Shown: in pieces, positions 56,411 through 64,000 of the stretch | Layout: each line of letters starts with the position of its first letter | How positions within the stretch are numbered: position 1 is the stretch's first letter | Assembly (NCBI GenBank): GCA_002104945.1 | Contig: MCFH01000072.1 | Coordinates: 1-64,000, forward strand | From: Piromyces finnis finn | Lineage: Eukaryota > Fungi > Neocallimastigomycota | Length of the DNA stretch: 64,000 bases | Direction of reading: 5' to 3' | Notes under the pieces: model-generated | Databases searched by the model: none | What the model saw: only the letters and a program-made list of their open reading frames with translations | What the model was told of the DNA's origin: nothing | Made by a program: the position numbers and the translations under genes

Positions 56411-58466
56411 CTATTAATCCTATATAATACTTATTCAATCCTATTCTTTTACGATACTTATTATCTTTACTTATTTATTATTGTTAGTCATTCTTAATTA
56501 TGGCTTTGTAAAAAAAAAAAAGTGGAATAATTTATTACTTTTAAAAAGAAAGATCTATAATAAAAAATAATTCTAGTGGTGGTGATGGTGGTGGTAGTGA
56601 ATGTGGAATATATAAGATTGTAAAGTTAATTATAGTAAAAAATTAAAATTAATTATATACAATCATTATTCTTAAGCTTTCAACATTTTTAATGGTTTAT
56701 AATATAAAATTGGTTGTTACTTTATATGTCATATAATTATTTATTTTCTTGACATCATTTCCAAAGAAAGGCCTAATAATATATATATATATTTTTAATT
56801 TTCTTTTACGTCTATCAATAAAAACCAAATGATAGTACCAGTAGCAGTAGCAGACATTTTTAATTACTGTTGGTATGGAGGGTGGTCTATTTACATTGAT
56901 AACCTAATCCATCCCATGAATTAAAATTTTATCAAATAAACTTCCATGTACAATAAAATAAAAACTAAACATTTCCATATTAATTTAATAATATTTTTAA
57001 TTAAATTTTTTTTGGTGTAAGTTTTATCAAAACAACTGATTGGTTAATTTTGATTCAATACTTTATTTTTAATTAATGGCTTATAATTATATTCTATATC
57101 AATTCCATATAAAGAAGTAAAATGTAATATATTTATAAATATATAATCTAATTAATAATTAAATTGATTATTAAATTACAGTTTGTTTTAGTTAAAGAAA
57201 ATGAACAAATAAAAATAAATTTATTAAATATACCATTTTAATTAAATTTATATATTGTTAATATAATGTATAATAATACTAACAATAGTATATTCATATT
57301 ATTCAATAAATTTATGTCATATAATTTTTAATATAATCATATATTACTATTCTATTTTTTAATATATTATAATATTTATCTATCAAAGGATGATGAATTG
57401 CCTAAGCTTTAGTAAAGGTTAAGCATTATTGTGGTTAAATTGATAGGATTTTTTTTGTTAATCTTTTGATAGGAGACTCATATAGTGTTTGTAGAAGATT
57501 AAATTTAATAATAGAAAAAGAAAGAAAATAAGAAATAGTTATGCTAAAAACAACATACCAAAGGAAGAAATGAACCTGTAAATTCCTTTTTATCGATCTA
57601 TATTGTTGACTTATCTCTTTGCAGCAACAACATATATATCCTGTGCTAGAATGTCTTTGTTTAAAGAAGTCTACTTCATATATAATTGTAAATAGAATTT
57701 TTATTCTATACTAATAAACTATTTATATATTAATATATTGTATTCATAATTAATCGACTTTAATATATTTGAATTATATTTACAAACTTTGTCAATTTAT
57801 TATTTAATTTTTAATAAAAGTAGTCTTATAGTGTTGTTCAAAAGATAATATTATTATAATATATACTATAATATATGTAAATATTAAATTAGAATTAAAT
57901 CATGACTATATTGATATTAAATTAAACCATTTATTTAAATCATTTTTTCTATTTATTTGTATTCTATTAATTAAATCATTAATAATTAATAATTTATGAT
58001 GAAATGATGATGAATGATTTTATAATTCAAAAAAAAAATTTAATAATAAATAAATAAATAAATAATAATAATACTATTTAATAATAAATATTAATATTAA
58101 ATACTATTTAATAATAAATAATACTATCACACACAATAAACGATTTTATTTTTTGTATATATTACAGAATTAAAAAATTCTATTATTTGTATATTGGTAC
58201 ATATGTACATATTGGTGTGTGTGTGTGTACAACAACGTAGGAAACAAAAAATTTTAATATATTAATCATTTTAATTTTAGAAAATAAATAATTTTTTTTT
58301 TTTTTATTTAGAAAAGTATCTTTAACCGAGAAATCTTTTTTTTTCTTTATTTTTGAAAAGAAGACACTAATAATATTAGATTATATTTCGTCTTTTTTTT
58401 AAACCATAATAAATTTCATAAAGTCGTAGTCAACCTATTTTTAATTGAAAAACATATATAACTAAC

Positions 58467-60001
58467 ATGGATAAGATTAAGGAAGTAAGCAACTAAAAAA
58501 ATATATATTTTTTTGATTTATATACATTTTTTTTTTTTTTTTTGTTTATTCTATAATACACACCTTATTAAACCCTAAAATAAAAGAGATAAAAACAAAT
58601 AACAATACAATATAGAGTTATTTTTTGTAAACATTGAGTTTTGTAATAAATATTATTTATTTTTTTCGAGTGAACAAATTTTTCAAATTTGTTTATTTTA
58701 AAAAAAATAAAGTAAACAAAACCAAAACAAATACATGAATTGTTTTATATCGAAAATTAATAATAGTTAGAATTCAAAAAAGCCATTTAATACAAATAAA
58801 ATAAAAACAATAGATATTTTGTACTTGATAAAAAGAAAAAAAAAAAAACAGATTATTTATTTCTACATCAAATTTAATAATTATATTTATAAAAAAATAT
58901 TTCGATGAATTTTTAATTTTTTTTTAAAGAAAAGAAAATTGTATAAACAAAGCAAAAACAACAATAATAAAAAGGGATGAAATAGAAATAGCAATTAAAC
59001 TAAAGATGGCTTTGTTAAAATCTTAATGTATTATTATTGATTATTTAGAAATAATAGTTTTTAGGAGGAAGAAAAAAAAACAATTAAAAATAAATGATAT
59101 ATTATAAACAAAAGAATTGATATTAATAAGCATATTTTAATTACTATTAAATTTACTAAAGAAACTTAACGCTCTTCGTAACCAAGCCGATGAAGCTAAC
59201 AACCGTGCTGACACTGCTGAAAGCCAAGTCAAGGAACTTCAAAATGAACTTTCCAGCAAGGATCAAGAAATCCAAACTCTTAACAACAAGATTTCCAACT
59301 TAGAATTCGATCTCCAAAGATCCGAACAAAGAATTGCTGAAGTAAATAACAAAATATTCTTTTTAATATATTTTAAATTTAAGCGATGATTTAATTAATA
59401 TGTATTTATGCTATGTTTATTGTTATTTACTAGGCTCAAGCTAACGCTGCTGACTATTCCAACAACCAAGATATGCTCGAATCTTTAAAGAGAAAGATTT
59501 CTTTATTAGAACATGACTTAGAAGAAAAGGAAGGTCAACTTGAAGAAGTAAGTATTTCAAATTTTTTATAAATAAAAGAAATGAGATAAATTATTAATGA
59601 ATTGATATCCAATTTTTATATTTATAGTACAAGGCTCAAGAAGATGCTAATCAAAAGGGTCAATCCTTAAACGAAGAACTTCAAAGAAAGAACACCATGC
59701 TCGAACAACAATTAGAAGACAAGGAAAGAGAATGGAGAGAAACTACTGAAAAGTAAATATATATCTAAAATTGTTTCAAATATCAAATATATATTTTTTG
59801 AGTTTGTAACTAATTGTCCTTTTTCTATTTATTAAAAGGTTACGTACTCTTGAACTCCAAACTGAACAATTAGATCGTCAATGCACTCAAATTGAAGCTG
59901 AACGTGCCAAGTTAGAAAACGAACTTGAAGACATGACCCAAAAGTACTTAAGTACTAAGGAAGAATTAGATTCCACTTTACAAGGTCTTGAAGACTTATA
60001 A
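58467..60001 (+). CDS. TPM1: Tropomyosin (Cdc8/Tpm-like); exons 58467-58484, 59162-59341, 59434-59547, 59628-59752, 59839-60001; 199 aa
   Basis: MDKIKE|KLNALRNQADEANNRADTAE...TQKYLSTKEELDSTLQGLEDL matches fungal tropomyosin (Cdc8 MDKLREKINAAR...ALEDL); GT-AG junctions in frame; absent from the ORF track. Confidence 0.93.
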
Positions 60002-61479
60002 GCAAATTAATTTGTTTTTAAAAAGTCTATAAAAAAGATCTTGGCAAATTGAAAAGAAATATTCGAAAAAAAGCAAAATATAATACTTGTTTTCTTTTTT
60101 TTATATAGATAATTTCTTTTTTAATTTGAAAGGGAATCAAATATGTTGTTCAATTAAAAAAAAACATTTCTTTTTATAAAATACTTAGAATATATTAGAA
60201 TATTATTTAATATCCAACAAACATATAAAATATATAAAAAAGTATTTCAATTTTTTTCCATATTTAAAAGTTTAATTATAAAAATATTCATATTTCCATG
60301 AAAATTTTTATAATTATTTCCAGAAATTAATATAGTTTTTTTTAATTAATCTTTAAAATCACTTTGTTAAGCAAAAATTTTTATGAAACCAAATTTAAAA
60401 CAAAAATATTAAAAAATAACTATAAATTATACCTTTTTTTAAAGAAATAGTTAATTGAGTTTTAATTAAGGACAAAGAATTTTCAAATAATTATTTCTTT
60501 TGACAAATTAGAAAATATAGTAAGAAAAAAAAAGCAATAATTTATTATTAAAAATGAAAAACAAAAATTAAAGAATTAAAAAAAACTAAAAAATTCACAC
60601 AATCACAAAAGAATGAAAGAAAAATCGATAAAGAAAAAAAATTCCAAAAATCAAAAATAAATAAAAAACTAATAAAAAAAATACAAAAAAAAAAAAAAAT
60701 TCCAAAAAAAAAAGTACAAATAAAACAAAACGATTACTATTTTATTTACAAGTTGTTATAAAGATTAATTTATTACTATTTTTTTTTTTAAAAAATTGTA
60801 AATTTCATTTCATTTTTTCTTATTTTTTATCGAAGATAAGTAAAAAATAAAAATGAAAAAAAAAAAAAAAAAAAAAAAAAAGAAAAAATGATGTACTTTT
60901 ATAAAGTATTTTTTAAATTATATTAATTATTAAAAAATAGACAAAAATTTTAATGGAATATGTTGGTAGTATTTTTAAAAATTTTTAAATATAGTAATGG
61001 AAAAAAATGCAAAATACTTTTCTTTTTTTTATTAAAAAATAAAAATACATAATAATATATAAAAAAAGGTTATAATAATAAAAAGAATTATTGTGTTTTT
61101 TTTTTTATTTTTTCAAATTTAATATTTCCAGAACATTGAGCATTGGAAGTGCATTTAATCATATTCAATAAAAAAAGATCAATTAATAAAAACGATGCAT
61201 TAAAAGTTTTTTATTTTATTAAAATTATATTGTTTAATATGCCTTTTTTTTTTTTTTTTAAAAAAAAAGGATAGATGCGTTATAAAGGCAAAGGATAAAG
61301 TATATATAACCTATTCTATTTAAAATAAAAGTTTACATAGATATATACTATATTTCCATACATTACAATAATAGAAATTATTTAATTTTATAAAAAGATG
61401 ATAAAAAAGATAATAAAATTCTATATTTACAAGATAAAAATTTTGTATATTTTAAATGTATCTAAAAAGTTAAACTATC

Positions 61480-61941
61480 TACATTTTTTATAAATAATGT
61501 AGAAAGGTTCTTTTTCTGACAGAAGAGATATTATATAAAACAATAGAAATCCAATAAAATATTGGAAGAATGGCTCCTGATAAGTAATTAAATACAATAT
61601 TAATCCAAACAAACCAACTATTTATAAAATATTAAAGAAAAAAAAAAATATATATATATAAAATTAGTATATATATATATTCATTTATTTATTTTTTGTT
61701 ATTGTTTTCATTTTATTTTATTAATAGTTTTTTTTATGATTTTATAATATATAATAACTTACTGGAATTTAAAACCTGAGGATGAAGAACTTGTATTCCA
61801 TCCAAAGAAAGAAGAATCTGGAATTAAACCTGCTTCATGAAGAGTAGCTCCATTTTTCATTACTGCTGTAATTGGATTCCAATTCCATATACGATTTAAA
61901 ACCTTTTTTTGAATGATTAAAAAAAAAAAAAAAAAAAAAAA

Positions 61942-61981
<40 letters not shown>

Positions 61982-63652
61982 AAATATTATTGATTTTAAA
62001 AAATATTTATTTAATCAAAATTTTAAATTATTTAAGTGTATCTTATTATTATATATTGTTTACCAAGTATAAGGCATATAACATATATATATTATAGATA
62101 AAGAGAATGATAAGGAAAGGATGAAAAGCTTTCTTTACAGATACTTGAATAACATGTTTAAATCTAATATGATGAAGTTGGTTGATCTTATTTTCTATAT
62201 CTGCCATCGTTTTTGCATAATATTTGTATATACCTTCATTAATATTTTCTTCTTTGACCATAAGATCAACTTTAGTAAAATCATTTATATTATTATTTTT
62301 GGTATAAATGTATTGTTGTTGTTGTTGTTGTTGATTTATAGAGGTGGTGGATCCAAGATTAGAAAGAACATTCAGGACTTCTTTATGTTGATTATGTTTA
62401 TTAATCTTTTCATAATTATTGGTAGTATGAGTAGTTTCTTGTCTTTCATAGGTATTACTAGTACAATTATTAAGTTCATCAATGCTATCGTAAATTTCTT
62501 TTTCTTTTAAACTTCCGATTATGAAGGAATTGGAGGATGAAGAAGAGGATAAACTACCAATTAAATCTTTATTTAAAAGTCCTGGAGTTGTAGTTTCTAT
62601 TTTTGGTGATGATAATAATTTAGATCCTTCAGTAGTGGAGGTATTCATTTCTTTAGTAGAATTGACTGTTGTTGAAACATAATTTTCTCTTGTTTGTTCA
62701 TTATTTTTAGAACTAGATTTTAGAACGTCTACTCTAATAGTTGTTTCTTCTATACTTCCATTACTATCAATAATATTAACATTAATTACATCATCGGTAG
62801 AATAAGGATCAACAAATTGCATTTCTTGATGCCTTGAATTTGATGGGAAAATATTATTAATAATAGTTGCTATTTTATTGGTAATATTTTCTTCAGGTTC
62901 TTTAGGACGATTATGATAATTGAAATGAGGATCAAAAGTATACGTATTAATATCAAGGAAATTTTCTTTTTCATTATTATACTTATTATCTGTTTCCTTT
63001 AAAAGATTTGTAGTACTTGTATCCTTTCCATTCTCTTCTTCATTATGATTCCAATCGAAAATTTCGTTTAATGTTTTTTCGGTTAGTGTTGTATTATTTT
63101 TGTTATAGGTATCTAGACTGTGTGTTTTGTATTGATATTCACGAAGTTGTTCGGCATATTCAATAAATAAGGAATCAAGACGAACCTTAATACCCATACG
63201 TAAAAAGTAATAATGAAGGGGTATATTGATAATAACATTTGTACAGAGAGTAACAATAAATGAAAATAAAAGAATAGAAAACAATACCCATGTTATTCCA
63301 TTGAAAGTGAAAATTTCTGTACCAAGAGTTACTAAGTATTCATAAAGAATTAAAAGATTTGTGGTAATATCTAAAACCATTAAAAGAACCTTGACAAAAA
63401 CAACAGCGGCCAAACCAAATGTATTACATCTTGAAAGAATGGCACCATCAATTCGAATAGCATAACATATTAACTGACTGACTAATGAAAATACAAATAA
63501 TATTAAGGATACTTGATTTAAATCATTAAGATTTAAACTTGGTATACTATTATCTATTTATTTATTTTATTTATTATTATTATTTTTTTTTTTGAATTAT
63601 AAAAAAGCATTAGTTATTTTTTTAAAAATTTTAAAAAAATTTTTATTAAGAA

Positions 63653-63743
<91 letters not shown>

Positions 63744-63748
63744 AAAAA

Positions 63749-63807
<59 letters not shown>

Positions 63808-63940
63808 AAAGATAAAAAATCAAACATTAATATAAAAATGTTAGATTAGTTTTCAATTTACCATTAAATATTGACCCAACTTCTGGTGATTCCATAATTT
63901 GTGATAGTCTAAAGTGATATACTTTAAGAATAACATTGAT
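61480..63940 (-). CDS. Uncharacterised multi-pass membrane protein, 5' end beyond the window; exons approx. 63940-63862, 63553-62065, 61902-61763 and a probable last exon near 61577
   Basis: Several hydrophobic helices (VSLILFVFSLVSQLICY, VVFVKVLLMVL, WVLFSILLFSFIVTL, FLIILFIYNIYMLYALYL) around a long polar loop; consensus GT-AG sites; frame of the terminal exon unresolved. Confidence 0.65.
61941..61985 (+). repeat. (TAAA)n microsatellite, intronic
   Basis: Direct reading. Confidence 0.9.
63650..63808 (+). repeat. (TAAA)n microsatellite, about 160 bp, intronic
   Basis: Direct reading. Confidence 0.95.
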
Positions 63941-64000
63941 CTAAATAAAAATATAATTTAATTATGTTAGAATTAAAATAAAAATTAAAATTTTAATACT

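Noticed and set aside
39325-58115. Short tandem duplications (about 11 bp near 39330, 13 bp near 43070, about 25 bp near 58070-58110); CRISPR-like arrays considered
   Set aside because: Only two copies each with no spacers; ordinary slippage in a eukaryote.

Overview
Extremely AT-rich, intron-containing eukaryotic DNA. Flagellar and centriolar genes together with fungal-type tropomyosin, CE4 deacetylase and GPI proteins point to a zoosporic fungus, most likely an anaerobic gut fungus (Neocallimastigomycota); this is inferred, not proven. Genes in order: 3' end of CFAP58 (+), Sec7+PH ARF-GEF (+), SPAG6/PF16 (+), a small secreted GPI-type protein (+), a CEP350-like giant protein (-), a small S/Y/N-rich ORF (+), a degraded LINE relic (-), a young full-length APE-RT non-LTR retrotransposon with 13-bp TSD and poly(A) (-), a stand-alone CBM48 protein (-), a GPI-anchored CE4 deacetylase (-), a type-I membrane SH3 protein (-), ZW10 (+), tropomyosin (+, missed by the ORF track) and an unknown multi-pass membrane protein (-) running off the right edge. 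The most unusual signals are in the LINE. Its single polyprotein is split inside the endonuclease GDFN motif at a TTT-TAA +1 'shifty-stop'. Its 5' end is five abutting hairpins whose G-U wobbles all fall on the sense strand. Its 5'UTR has a consensus spliceosomal intron. Separately, the tropomyosin gene has a symmetric 38-codon exon giving 199-aa and 161-aa forms. Apparent single-base homopolymer deletions in ZW10 and the Sec7 gene warn that the assembly may contain indel errors. All family assignments come from recalled motifs, not database searches.
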